A stretch of 64,000 nt of DNA, taken from Epiperipatus broadwayi. Taxonomy: Eukaryota > Animalia > Onychophora. The stretch spans positions 22,072,001 to 22,136,000 of the forward strand of contig JAQFVV010000003.1 in NCBI GenBank assembly GCA_028023455.1. The letters are read 5' to 3'. The first letter of the stretch is position 1. Each line of letters starts with the position of its first letter. This document shows, piece by piece, positions 14,330-27,490 of this stretch. The notes below the pieces were generated by a model. That model was not told where the DNA came from and did no database searches. It saw nothing but the letters and a program-made list of their open reading frames with translations. A program made the translations under genes and the position numbers.

Positions 14330-16260
14330 ACATATGTAATTGTTCTCTAGCCTATATATTTCTCTTTTGATCCTCCTTAACATTCCAAATATACATCTCA
14401 TAATTCATTATTACGTGTTTTGAATTCTTTGTATTCCTCTTCTGTTTAAGTAACCAAGTCTCATATTCTAATCAAAAAACTAGTAAAGTATATCTTTCTT
14501 TTCAAATACATAACCATATTTCTTTTTAATATTTAGTTATTTTTAGAAAAAAACAATCCGTCCAATTTTCCTGACATAATTATTAACTTCTAATTCATGA
14601 TTGTCAATCTTTAATTTCTTGTTGAGAAAATCCAGTAAACATTACTAGTTTTTTTAGAATTTATTTTTAGTTTTCCTTTCTTACTTTCATCTGATAATTT
14701 ATGTATCATTTCTTGAAGCTTGAAAACATTCCTTGTAAAAACAACTTTATTACTGCAAAATCTAGATGACTTAAATAATCTCCATTTTTCCAGTTTAATT
14801 TATAAAATACTTTCTGAAAAGTTGTGATAAGTTTTAGTGGTATGGAATCTCCCTGCTATGCCCCTCATCATTGCTAATAAATCACTGCTGTTATATTTTA
14901 ATAAATATTTTTTTGAATTTGACATTATTCCGAATCTATATCCTGATGTTCCAAAGCTTTACTCACTGCAGAAATGCTTATAAAACCAAATATTTCTCAT
15001 AATCTATAATACTAACTCACATTCGTGGCCTTTTCTATAACTTCCCTTAATATTTCGATGTAATCTATTGTGATAAAACCACTTTTAAATCCCACATTTT
15101 CTTTGATCTAAATCCAAAATTCTCTGGATACAAGCTATAATGATCTTAATAAAGACTTTGTGTAGAACTTATGGATCTGGAATTTGTAATATTTTCTTTT
15201 TTACTTTTCTTAAATGTCTGTAATTATATTCTTCGTATATTTTTATTCTATTTTTTTACTTGTTTCTTTTAAGTTATCAATAATAATTTAATCATTTCTG
15301 GATCTTTTCCTTTTCATATATTTAATTGCATGTCTCACCTTTTCATTTATAATACTTTAAATTTCAAAAGATACTAATTATAAAAACTAATATGTTGTTG
15401 TTTTATTTTTGGTGATTATTGCTATATAGTTCATAATAAAATCTCCCCCACACTTTTTGACATCTTTCTATTTTTTTTTTGTAATCCTAACATTTTTTGC
15501 CAAAATAACTTTTTTCAATGCTAAGATCCTACATTACACTTTTGAGACTTCTGTTCCCTTCTATCTGAAGTTTTATTTTCTTATATCATTGAATGCTTTT
15601 CAAATCATGTTATAGGATTTCAGATATTCAATTTTTCTAAATGGATTATTTTTTTCTTCATACATTATAAGACTCAACTGAAAATTTCTTATCCATTTAC
15701 ATTAGGTCTGAACTTCTATTGAACTCTGTGAATTCTAGATTAAACATTGGAGTTGTTAGGAATATTGACTGTTAATTATATTTTTTTAAATAGCTTTTGA
15801 CTCTTTAGCTTTGCATTTCACTACACAATGATTATTTCCTGTATTGAATGTATTAAATACATTACATCTTGAAATGCTCTGTATGGTTTGGAGCAAAACA
15901 AAATGGCAGACCCTGAAGTTCAAGATCCAATGATCTAAACCCAACTCTGGCCTTCTGAACATAAAAACCATTTAAATTTTTTTTTAAAAAATTTTGAATT
16001 ATATATTCTTAATTGAAATGTAATCCAGTTCTGTATATCTTCATTTAGATTCTACCACATCCATTTATATTTTACATTATCAAAATCAAAAATTTATAAT
16101 ATATAAATTTTCTTTTTCAGCAAATTCCCTAAGTCTATTCCACTCTCATTTCTTTCTCTATATCCAAATTAATCACAGCCCTTTCATCCTTTCCAATTCT
16201 AGTATTAATATTTCCTTTAACTTGTTTTAGTCTATTCAAAAGTATTTTGTATATCTAAAT
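14330..16260 (-). mobile_element. Decayed RTE-clade LINE (APE end through RT)
   Basis: Remnants such as GDYLSHLDFAVI (compare LNHLRFADDI), and similarity to the copy at 24590-27490. Confidence 0.75.
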
Positions 16261-17088
16261 AAAAATCATTAACTTCTTCATTGGAATGAGAACTAGTTGA
16301 ATCATAAATTTTTCTACATTTCATATCTTCCATTAACTTGAATAATTAATCTTGCCTTTTTACCTAAATATTTTTTCAATTTTTCTTCTGATTTCTGGAA
16401 CTTTGATGATTTTCCATTTAATATTACAGAATTTTTTCTAATTCATAAAAACATCATTGTTAAATGGCAGTCTAGATCAGTATTTTATTCTAATATATTT
16501 AGCATTATCTTTCTTCAGTTGTCAATTGTTGTATTGGTTCATGTCTTTACAATTTCCATGATAAGATGGCTATGGTTTACTTTTGTCTGCTAAAACTGAT
16601 AAATAAGAATGGTAATTTACACATATATCTTAAGTCCAAAACTAGTCAAATGATATTTTAGTTAAGAAATATTAAGCATCTGAGAAAATAGACCAAGAAA
16701 TTTTTGGGGATCTTAAAAAAAAACCAGTAAACTAATCATGCTAGCTGATGGGTGTTGGTGAGCAGCTCATTTCTATTAACTTATAATATGAACAATAATA
16801 ACCACAATGACAAATACATCCTGCTTAATTCCTTTAAGATCTCAATGAGGACCCAACTGTTCTCTTTTCAGTTAAAAGCTAATTCCTTTCTGAAGTTAAA
16901 ATATTCTTAATTAACCTATTTAAATATTATTTGTTTAACAGTATGAAACATAATAATATATCATATAGTTATTTCTATTTTATGAAAATTAATGTAGAGA
17001 AAAAATTTTTAAAAATGTAGACATTTGTAAATAGAGGTATATTTCTTTTTAATAAAATAAAATATTAATATTTTATGTTTAAACTTAC

Positions 17089-17211
17089 ACTCATTTTTGA
17101 ATAAAATTGATTATTCAGTCCTCCTCCACTCAAACATCGGTAACTACTGTCTTCTAAAAGATTATCTCTACCAATAGCTTGGACCATCATACCCCAGATA
17201 TGATTGTGAGT
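17089..17211 (-). CDS. Rsod: SOD-repeat protein exon (domain 6)
   Basis: ttttcag| acceptor and |gtaagt donor; 123 nt, phase 0 to phase 0. Reads THNHIWGMMVQAIGRDNLLEDSSYRCLSGGGLNNQFYSKMS and joins both neighbouring exons in frame. Confidence 0.92.
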
Positions 17212-17780
17212 CTGAAAAATAAAATCAAGAATATTAAAAAAATCTACTTTCAATGTTTTTTTAATATAATCATCTTTCAGACAGTCATCTTTACTTTCAG
17301 AGCAACTTTATGGCAACAATAAAAATAAATGTCCTAAATTTATTTATTTATAATAAAAAGACAAAAGATTATTGGTTCAAAGATGTAAATATATTGCACA
17401 TATAAATGAAAAATAGCCTTTAAATAGCACACTTCAGAGCAAAAGTCTTCCCTTCACTGAAAATCAGTGAAGAAAATAATATTCAGTAGGCTTGTTAACT
17501 GTTTAATGATAAAGATCTAAGTGATTGGGTTTTTTTTTATCTTCTAGCTAAGATGTATAGATGTGCATAACTAGATGCATATAATATAGAAAATTAAGAT
17601 AGAAACTGGTCAATTAGTAATAGTGAATCACACAATAGTGAGCGAACAACTACACTAAATTACAAGAATAAATTACATTGTGTGCAAATAATTAAAACAA
17701 ATATTTAAAAAAATTAACTAAGAAAGAAAGAAAAATGGCCCAAAACATTCAATTATGACAGATAAATTAATGCCCTGGAT

Positions 17781-17850
17781 GGTTTAATGCAGTGGTAGAA
17801 TTGAATTTTGGAGCTCAAGCGACATAAAGACCACAGTACCAAATCTTGTA
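17781..17850 (+). mobile_element. Degenerate tRNA-derived SINE-like repeat (family 2)
   Basis: tgcagtggtagaat A-box-like head, and similarity to the minus-strand copy at ~58505-58575. Confidence 0.4.
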
Positions 17851-19764
17851 CTTCTAACATTCAAGCTTTTTATTCTGAATAATAAATCACTTGATTTTTT
17901 AATTAATAAATATTAATTGATTACTTTTCATTAGCAAAGAGGCAGTGGGTTAATAATAAAAAACACTATATACAATAAGATTAAATTTTTCTGATTAAAT
18001 AATGGGAAAACTGCAAAGTTTAATTTGTATAAAATCAAACAAATATCAAGCTAATTATTAATTACATGAAGAACTCTATATTTAAACTCCAAAACTGTGA
18101 CCTTATCAGATACTAGACCAGCTAAATTGAACAAGAGATTCAATTAAAAGCAATTATAAATGGATAACAATCAAAATCTTGTAGAATTTTACAAAATATG
18201 TAGTCCTCAAAGTATTATGCAGGAAGGGTTGCTTTGTACAGTTTATGCAGTAAAAGAATTAGAATAAAGAGCTAAAGATTCATTGACTGCTTTCCAGTGG
18301 GAAAAAGTAAACAAATATCCCAGTTTTGATCATTTAAATTGAACCATTGTGTTTAATTTGATAAGTGAGTGCTCTGATTTCACATGATTTTTGCAGAAAC
18401 ATCCTATGTTTATTTTTATTTTTACTGTTATTTTTTAAATCTAATATGTTCAGAGCCAGATTTATATCTGGCAGCTGACAATTACATAAATAAATTTAAT
18501 AAATAATTTCAAGAGTTTATTTAATCTGAATAATAGGATTATTAAATCAACTGGCAGCTTGCTAATTGACAACAATATCAATTTTGATCACATAAGAATT
18601 CATATCTCAAAAGATAAGTATTATACATATGTAGCTTTACAACTATTAACAATGTCACACAATTTCCACATTTTTGAACTTCCATAATACATTGGTTATT
18701 TTAATTATCATTCAAGCAAGCATTTTATTGCTCTTACACATCTCGTGAGTTAGTAGAGTTATATTATGCTGAAACTCTTTTCTACTATATTTGTTTACAA
18801 CTGCACAATTTTCACTCTGCATCTAGAATCTACTTTCAACTTAATGCTTCTAACTACTCCTTTTTCATATTACTACTTATCAGACATCATTAGAAGTTCT
18901 GCGGGCATTTTTATTAACTTTGCTAATTTGCATGATGTTCGACTTTATTTTAAGAGCAAATCAATACATTGCTTCTTTTTAGAAGACTTTTTTTTTCTGC
19001 ATATTATTATTTCTAGAGTGTTTCAGCACTGCCTATATAGATTAGCCTACATACACATACATGTATACAACTTTATTAATAAAAATATTTACAAACTAGC
19101 CAGTATACAATAATACTTCCCCTTCACTCTAGTAATAAGCAGAAATAATCTTGTTATCTTTTTAGTATCCACTTCTCTCTAACAGTCCTTGTTGAGGTTA
19201 ATACTCTCTTTTCCTGCTCTATACTCTTCTCTTATTGTTTACCATTTAATTCTAATGCTTTTTTTGAACCGGAGAGTTATCTGGTGCTTGTAAATAAGTG
19301 TTAGTAGTAACATCAGTCTTATTATCCTTAACTGTACATGAAGTAGTAACTATATCTTCTAATATTCCATTTTTCTGTTTCCTTATATAGTTAACATGGC
19401 ATCTTAAAATTCTCTCATCTTTCAATTTTATTTTATGTATTTGGATAAAAATTATTCTATTTATTATTCCTAGTAGCTGTTTTTTTTTCTAATTACATCT
19501 CTTATCTATACTTTGGTCTACTTTAAGTCTGACTAATTCTAAATTTTCATCTTTTTTTTTTTTTGCTTTATCCAGTATTAAACTATATAAGTATGTTCTC
19601 ACATGTAATTTCATTAATAATTCCACAGGTGTTTTCTTTGTAACAGAACTGGGTATAAAATGTTAGTAAAACATCAAAGTTGTAATTTCTTCATGAAAAT
19701 CAGCATATTCCTGTTTATTTAACATAGTTTTCAGCTGTTGAACTGCCTTCTTCACAATTCCATT

Positions 19765-20205
19765 TGTATTTTACCAGTTCTTACTTATGGATCTGAGACT
19801 TGGGCACTTAATAGAAGAGCAATACAGAGACTTCAGACCACTCAAAAGAGTATGGAGAGATGTATGTTGGGAATAACAAGAAGAGATCGAAAACGCAATG
19901 TATGGGTAAGACAACAAACATGTGTTACTGACCTTATTGAAAAAATTAAAAGATTGAAATGGAGTTGGGCTGGACATATTGCTAGAAGAGATGATAATAG
20001 ATGGACAATTGAAATTTTAAACTGGATTCCAAGAGATTGTAAAAGACCCAGAAAGAGACCACATGTGAGATGGATGGATGAAATAAGAAAATGTGCAGGG
20101 GTGTTGTGGAGAAGAGAAGCTAAAGATCAGAGAAGATGGATTAAACTTGGAGAGACCTTCATCCTGCAGTGGATTGATAATGGTTGATGATGATGATGAT
20201 GATGA
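19765..20205 (+). mobile_element. 5'-truncated RTE LINE 3' end with (GAT)n tail, inserted in the gypsy integrase
   Basis: Uninterrupted frame ILPVLTYGSETW...LKWSWAGHIARR...RWMDEI...FILQW ending at TGA 20185-20187, then a (TGA)n tail. Confidence 0.95.
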
Positions 20206-20503
20206 ATAAGTAGGTGGAAATATGTATATGTCATATCCTCTTCATAACAAGGAGGTCTTTCAATTTTTTTGAGCTGAAATACATGCTGCTATCTATTACA
20301 ATAGTTTCAGGATACCCATGCACTGAAAAAAGTTTGTTTAAAATTTTATCACACTATCTATGCTCATATCTTTTACTAGATGATATACTATCCATTTTGA
20401 ATACATGTCTATGGCTACTAGGAAAAATATCCATGAAATGACTCAGCATAATCTAAATGGACTTTTTCCCATCCACATAGCCTCAAGCCAAGATTTTAAT
20501 TTT

Positions 20504-20977
20504 TGGTAATTTTTGATCATGCATACTGTGGCCGCTAGGCGATGCTGCAGAATCACCAAGAAGCCTGTAAGTGATAAATTTCTATCCGAAAGTTGCTTAA
20601 ATCGACAAATTAAAATGCCTAAGGCAAAGTAAATCGAATAAATCCTTCGAAAATACAAATTAAAAAAAAACAAGAAAATGCTATAAAATTTCAATTACAA
20701 AAACAGAAATCTGTGAAAATACGTCAAACATGACCACCACCACCTCAGAAATCGGTGAAAATACATCAAACGCAACCACCAACCCAGAAATTGGTGAAAA
20801 TACATCAAACACAACCACCACCTCAGAATGAATTCTTTGCCGAAATGGACAAAGTAAAATGCCTAAGGCAAAATAAATCGAACAAAATCTTCTAAAATAT
20901 AAATTAAAAAAAAAAAAGACAAGAAAATGCTATGAAACTCAAATTACAAAAACAGGACACATGACCGAAAACTATCA
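20504..20977. mobile_element. 474-bp TG...CA insertion (solo LTR or TIR element) with 6-bp TSD
   Basis: AATTTT at 20498-20503 and 20978-20983. Imperfect terminal inverted repeats of ~18 bp differ only by transitions. Removing it restores the integrase frame LPKK-LKSW. Confidence 0.75.
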
Positions 20978-23200
20978 AATTTTTTAGGCAGTAAACTCGC
21001 TATTTGTTGACAAGCTAGAAATTTTCTAACAGTTTGCACTATATCACTATTCAATTCTTGCCACCAAACATATGAACAGACTAGCTCTTTTATTCTGATT
21101 ATTCTAAAGTGTTCTTTGTGTAATAACTGTGGAATGCTTTTCCTCTCCTCAGGCAGTCCCATTAGAATGGTCTATCATAAGAATGCGTTCATAGCAAGTT
21201 ATCAAACTTTTCCCAACTATTCCAAATTATCAGTTAAATAGTTTGATCACTTAAATAGCCATCCATTTTTATCCAATTCTTTATGACCTTAAACTTTTTA
21301 TTCCTTTTAGTTCACTCTGCTATAGTTTTGCTGTTAACTATTTCAGACTTAACACATCTATACAATTAATTTCACAAACATGTGACCTTAGTGTACTCTT
21401 ATCCACGGTTCTGGATAGAGCATATGCAAGCTTTATCAACTTTCCTAATTTATATAACAATTAATAATCATTTGAAGCTAATACATTTATCCACCTCAGT
21501 ATCCATTGACTGGCATGGTTCCAGGTTTTCTTATTTTTGTCAAATATTCACAATAGTGGCTTATGGTCAGTATAAATTTTAAGTGACTTCACATATTGAT
21601 GGAATTTTTTCATTGTAAAACCTATGGCTAAAGCTTCTTTGTCTAGCTGGCTGTAGTGTTACTTGGTGATAGACAATACTTTTGATGCGTGACAGGACAC
21701 TCACCTCTGTCAGAACTATATGATAATACAGCTCTATCACCATATCCAGAAACATTTGTTGTTATTATCATTTCTTATTGCTCACTACAGTGGACAAGTA
21801 AATTTTCATAAGACAATAATTCTTTCACTTTTTTTAAAAGCCACATCTTGCAATTTTCCCCATTTCCATCTTTGGTTTTTCTTTAGAAGTTCATAAAGAG
21901 GTATAGCTGCATGTGATTTTCACTTTAAGAAGATTTTTCAAAGAAATTTAATAGGCCTAGAAAACCTTGTAACTGCTTTACATTTATTGGTTTCGGGATA
22001 TTTTTCACAGTCCTGTTGATACAAGCTTAAATTCATCACTAATATTTTCTAATGTATTTTTATTAGCATTAGTTATTAAACTATTTCATAATCTTCATCA
22101 TATTGATAATAATGAATAGATGAAAAGTTGGAGTCATAAATATCGAAAAAAGTAGTTATGAGCTTTCTCTGATGCTTGATAGCATATGATCAGTTGTCCT
22201 TATTAGAAGATTTCACTATACAGGTGCCCTATCAATGAATTGTTATCTATCATCTGTTAAATTAAATGCTTATAAACTTTAATTTCAAATACCACTGTAG
22301 TCCAAATTTAATGGCAAAATCAGCAGAAAGTCCCAGTGGCCATAAGTACTTGTTAATTAGCCATTGTACATCGCTTGGTGGCGCTGTTTCTATGCAAAAA
22401 CCTTTTAATATAATGTTTCCCAGAGACATATATCTTTAATTTCAGAAACTGCAATCAAGAATAAAGTAAAATAAATGAACACTAAATGCAGGGAAATAAT
22501 TTCTCCACGAGTGGATTTTGGTTCTCTGATATTAAAAAAAAAAATGTCAGAATATGCCAACTTTTTCATCTATAGTGAAGGTTTCATCATATTGCAATTA
22601 TAGTTTTTATTTTTGCAGTCAGTGAACTATCATATATCTGATCATTCAACTTCGGAATGTTACCCTTCAGCTAATATAAGCTATATACTCAATTATCAAT
22701 TAATACTGAATGACTAGCTGAAGAAATTATGAGCCAACTACTTGAAAAAAAATTTCTTATGACTATTTCTGATCTGAAAAAATTTCCACTGTTTCCTCAG
22801 CCTAATTTTGAACTCTAAATTATTTATTTGACAGGAAAATATAATAACTCCTGCAGTGCAAGATTACATTTTCTCTAATCTTTTTATTGAATATGACAGT
22901 TTAAACATTCTTTAGAAAACACTCTACTAAGACAATAGTTTGAAACTTTTTCAAATATCCTAAGATTTTAAACCCAAGTAAATTTTTATGCATAGCAGTA
23001 AAGATTTGACATATCATAATAACAGTTATATATATTAAAAGTATGCAATGTGACATAGCATGTGGTAATTATAAGCCTCTCATTTTGGATTATCTGTATT
23101 ATTTTACACATATTTAATGCAAATCTCCAGACATTTGACAGAACCTTAAATGTCTAACTGGTAGTCACTAGAAATATAAAAAAAATTGATAACTCCTCCA

Positions 23201-23240
23201 CATCATCATCATCATCATCATCATCATAATCATCATGATG
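23201..23240. repeat. (CAT)n microsatellite
   Basis: Direct reading; same unit as the RTE (GAT)n tail on the other strand. Confidence 0.85.
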
Positions 23241-24589
23241 ATAATAATAATAAATGTGAGAATTAGTTGATTTAAAAACAAGTACTGTATTTTTAAAACA
23301 CTGTTCATTTTTGACCCAACTACTGTCCAAAATAATTTATCTAATTAAAACTACTTTTAGTATACATAATTAGCTGAATTTATCAAACAAATAATTTCTA
23401 CAGTAAGATGGATTCAGAATAATATGATTACTTATTTTTTCGGTACACTGTTGCACTATAAATCATTACACTACAGTTGTGTATTATTCTGTTCCTAATA
23501 CAATCACTTAGATGACAATTACATCATCATGTGCTGGAGTATTTTTTTCATCTTAGAAAAAATTGTTATTATTTTTTAACACTTCATTATTAAATTGCAA
23601 ACTTGTTTTATTCCTACTTGAGTTCAGCATGTTTTTTTAATCATAATTTAGCAAATAATTTCATCTGTTTTCCTTTGCTTTATGTTTTAATGCTACTAGA
23701 CAGATGATAGTCTACACTAAAAGAATCAAACACATTACATATCTGAGATTCAAATCCAAGCCATATAAAACATGATTTTTTTTTTCATGTTCTAATCAAG
23801 TTTGGAATTTATTTTCACAAACCAATCCATAGCCAAACTAACTAACTATTCAGCACTGGTTAGTAAATGGGTATCTAGTGATTCTTAACTAGAAACTAAA
23901 ACAAAAATGAGTCTTTAAATCTTCACTATCAGCATTTCAAAAATCAGGTAAAGTAATGCTTGATCTTTCACTGTTTCTCTAGGGGAGTGAGTATTGTGGG
24001 AGAAGTTTTTCCCCCAGAATGGGCTGTTTAATTGCTAAATTAACTTTTATCTATTGTTAATTATAATCATACAAAAAATACATATACTCTACATATAAAT
24101 GGCTATAATTATCATGCAATAATTATAACATGAAATTATACCACATGGAGATCATTTACTCTAGTTTACAACAATGATATCCATAATATAACTAAGAAAA
24201 AACAATTGTAGTCAGCTACTTTGGAGATCATGTGATATTTGAGTATCATAGTGATTGTATAGAACAGTTCTTTTGACTGGCAAAATTGTGATTTCTTTTC
24301 TAATTCTCTTCTCAACTGAGAATCAATCCAACAGTTTCTAACTCTTTATAATCTGTCACTCAATAGTTGTGCTCAACTGTTGACACATTCTTAAATAAAT
24401 TACATAATATAAATGTGGATTTAAACATACTGAAATGAAAAAAAACATGGAAGCTCTGTGGATAAAAGATTGTATTTATTATACTTCATTTTATTTTTTC
24501 GGAGTAAATCAATAATGACTATCCAGTAAACTCAAATGCCAAAAAATTTTTTGTAAAAAAAAGATAATAATTTTAATGATAAACATCAT

Positions 24590-27490
24590 TTTCAATAATT
24601 AAGATCCATTGCAGGCTGAAGAACTCTCCAATTTTAATCCAGTTTCTCCCATCTCTAGCCTCATTTAACATCATACCAGTAAACTTTCTTATTTCATTTA
24701 TTCATTTCACATATGGTCTCTTTTTAAGTGTTTTACAATTTCTTGGAATCTGATTTAAGATTTTAATCGTCCATCTATTATCATCTCTATTTCAACCTCT
24801 TAATTTTATCAATGATATCAGTAATAATTGTTTGTGTCACTATATATTTAGTTTTTAATCTCTTCTTGTTACTTCTAACATATATCTCTCCATACTTTGT
24901 TGAGTGTTCATCTCTGAAATGCTTTTCTGTTAAGTGTCCAAGGCTTCAGATCTTTAAGTAAAAATTTAAATCTAATAAAAATCTTCAGCTTCAAACACAT
25001 AAGCATATTTCTTTTTAATATTGTTATTATTACATAAGCACTCCATCTAATTTTAATCCTATGATTATTTCAGTCTTTTTAAATATTTATCTTCAGTCCT
25101 ATTTTCCTATTCTCATCTAATATTTCTTGCAACATTTCCTGAAGCTCAGAAGTATTATTTGAAAAAACAATTATATCAACTTCAAACTCTAGATGTCTTA
25201 AATAATTTCCATGTATTATTTGAAAAAACAACCACATCAACTTCAAAATCTAGATGTCTTAAATAATTTCCATTTATTTTTATTCTCTTAGCTTTCCATT
25301 TTAATCCACAAAATATTTCTTATAAAACTTCAGTGAATCATTCTGGAGATGTAGAATCACTCTGTCATATATCCTTCTCAATATTTTTCTTAGTATTACT
25401 ATGTAATCTAATCAATATTCTTTAAAATATGACAATATTTTGGGTCTATATCTTAATGATCCAATGCTTTAATCACCATAGAAATTCTTATAGAATCGAA
25501 TACCTTTTCATAATTGAATCCAAAGCATAATGGCAACTTATATTCATTGGTCTCTTTATAACTTTTCTCAATATTCAGATATAATCCACTGTGCTAAAAA
25601 CCCTTTTAAATCTAGCATGTTCTTTTAGTTGGTTAAAATCTAAAGTTCACTGTAAATAAATTGTAATTATCATGGTAAAAATTTTGTATGAACTGATAAA
25701 AAACTGCACTTTCTAATATTTTCTTTATCATCTTTTTAAAATACCAATATTACTACTACACATTATCAATATTCTGGTATATCTTGATATATAACTTTGT
25801 CAATAATTTTTTTTCTTTCTTTGCCCACTTCTTTTAAGATATCAATTATAATTCCATCAATACTGGGAGTTTTTCCCTTTTTTAGATTTTATTGCATATC
25901 TTCTTCAATTAAAATATTGAGCAATTCAGAAACTATAGCAATTATAAAAAATGATCACTTATCTTGTTCTTTATCACTATAAAATTCCTCAGAGATCTCT
26001 TCCAAACATTTCAAGATGTCATTTTTCTTTTTTAGTAATACAGTAGTTTCCATCTTAACTACCAATACCAAGATATATTGTTTTACACTTTTGGTACCTT
26101 TATTCTCTTCTATAGCATTCCTTGTAAATTCATAATTATATTTTCTTATATTGCTATTATCACTTTTTCAAGATATTCAATTCTTTTTTAACAATCACTT
26201 CTAAAAATTCTCACATTACTCTTTTGTATCATACATTGTCTTATTTCAGTAGAAAATTTATTAGCAAATTACTGCTTTTTTTGCTGTAGTTTTTAATAAT
26301 CTAATCTTCTTATTAATTTCGTTCAAATCTGAAACTTCTTCAAAATCTTAATATTTTAAAACAATTTGCAAGTTTTAATTGAAATTCATTGGAATGTTTC
26401 TGAAAAGTTAGGAATATCAATTATGAACTGTTTATTTTAATAATTTTTGTCTCATTAATTTTGCATTAATATATATCTTACATATCGCCAATGAGCATTC
26501 TCCTGAAATACATATTTTCCATTCGTCAAAATATAATCCAATTTTGCTGTATCTTTATTGGATGCTGGAGAGTCCATTTCCATTTAGCATTTTTCTCAAA
26601 GAAAGAATTCATAATATAAAGTTTTTATTTTTCTATGAACTCCACAAATCTATGTTCTCTTTCATTTTAATCATCCTAACCAAATTTATCCACAGCACTT
26701 TCATCATCCAATTATTTGGTCTATCAAAAGCATTTTGTATATCTGTATAAAAATCCTTTACTTTTATTTATAACAATGAGATCTTCCATTAAGATGAGTA
26801 ACTAATCTTAGTACTCTGTCTGATACATTATCAATCTCCACAATGTTTTCATCGACTTTTTATTTACAATGAATCTTATTCCATTTGGGTTTCCAATATG
26901 TGTGCCTTTGTAGTAAAGCACATGTCTATTTTTAAATCAATTGTCTCATCTTTTCTTGTAACTCCACAAAATCCAACAATATCCGTTCATACAATCTTCA
27001 TTCACTTAAAAGGGATCTGCAGTTATCAGTACCTGAATAAAAAGTCATCATCAAATGACAGCCTGAAGCCACCAATTATTGTCTTGCCTGGTGACTTTAC
27101 AGCCTCCTGGAAAATAGGGTCATAATTTAATTTTGTCTGTCATGATTGTAAATATTTATTTTTAAAAAAATTTCATTTTTATACACATTTTCAATAAAAC
27201 CCAATCGATATTTCAGTTAAGAACTATATAGCACAACTGAAAAAAAAGACCTCGGTGTTTTTTGATCTTCAACATAGAAATAAAAAACTGATAAACTTGC
27301 CATGCTCATTGGATCGTGTTGATGAGCAGCCCAACCATGCTCATATACTCTACATGAATAATCATATAGAATAATAACAACTACAACAATAAGAACATAT
27401 GAAGTAGACATTAGAAAATTTGCACTGCTTGATTTATTTATGGCCTCAAAGAAGAATTAAAGGATCTCCTTTCAGTTATCAGAAAACTCC
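24590..27490 (-). mobile_element. Near-full-length decayed RTE LINE
   Basis: 5' UTR matches 7630-8010, followed by APE and RT remnants and a C-terminal WIKIGEFFSLQW near 24610. Contains an internal ~60-bp tandem duplication at 25154-25274. Confidence 0.85.

Larger units (their letters stand above)
19115..22030 (-). mobile_element. Decayed Ty3/gypsy LTR retrotransposon pol (RT connection, RNase H, integrase) with polypurine tract
   Basis: Motifs read: KQLQGFLGLLNFF; YSQLDKEALAIGF and YTDHKPL (RNase H); LHKEH...SYVWW...CQQ (integrase Zn finger); VHLDY...AIDMYSKW...HGYPETIV (rve core); KTPVELLM and RCHVNYIR (C-terminus). PPT AGAGTGAAGGGGAAG at 19116-19130. Confidence 0.9.

Noticed and set aside
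18700-19115. Defined 3' LTR of the gypsy element
   Set aside because: It follows the polypurine tract, but no matching 5' LTR was found, so the boundaries cannot be supported.
20704-20828. CRISPR-like array (also considered for 29820-29949)
   Set aside because: Units are directly tandem with no unique spacers, there are no cas genes, and the context is eukaryotic transposon DNA.
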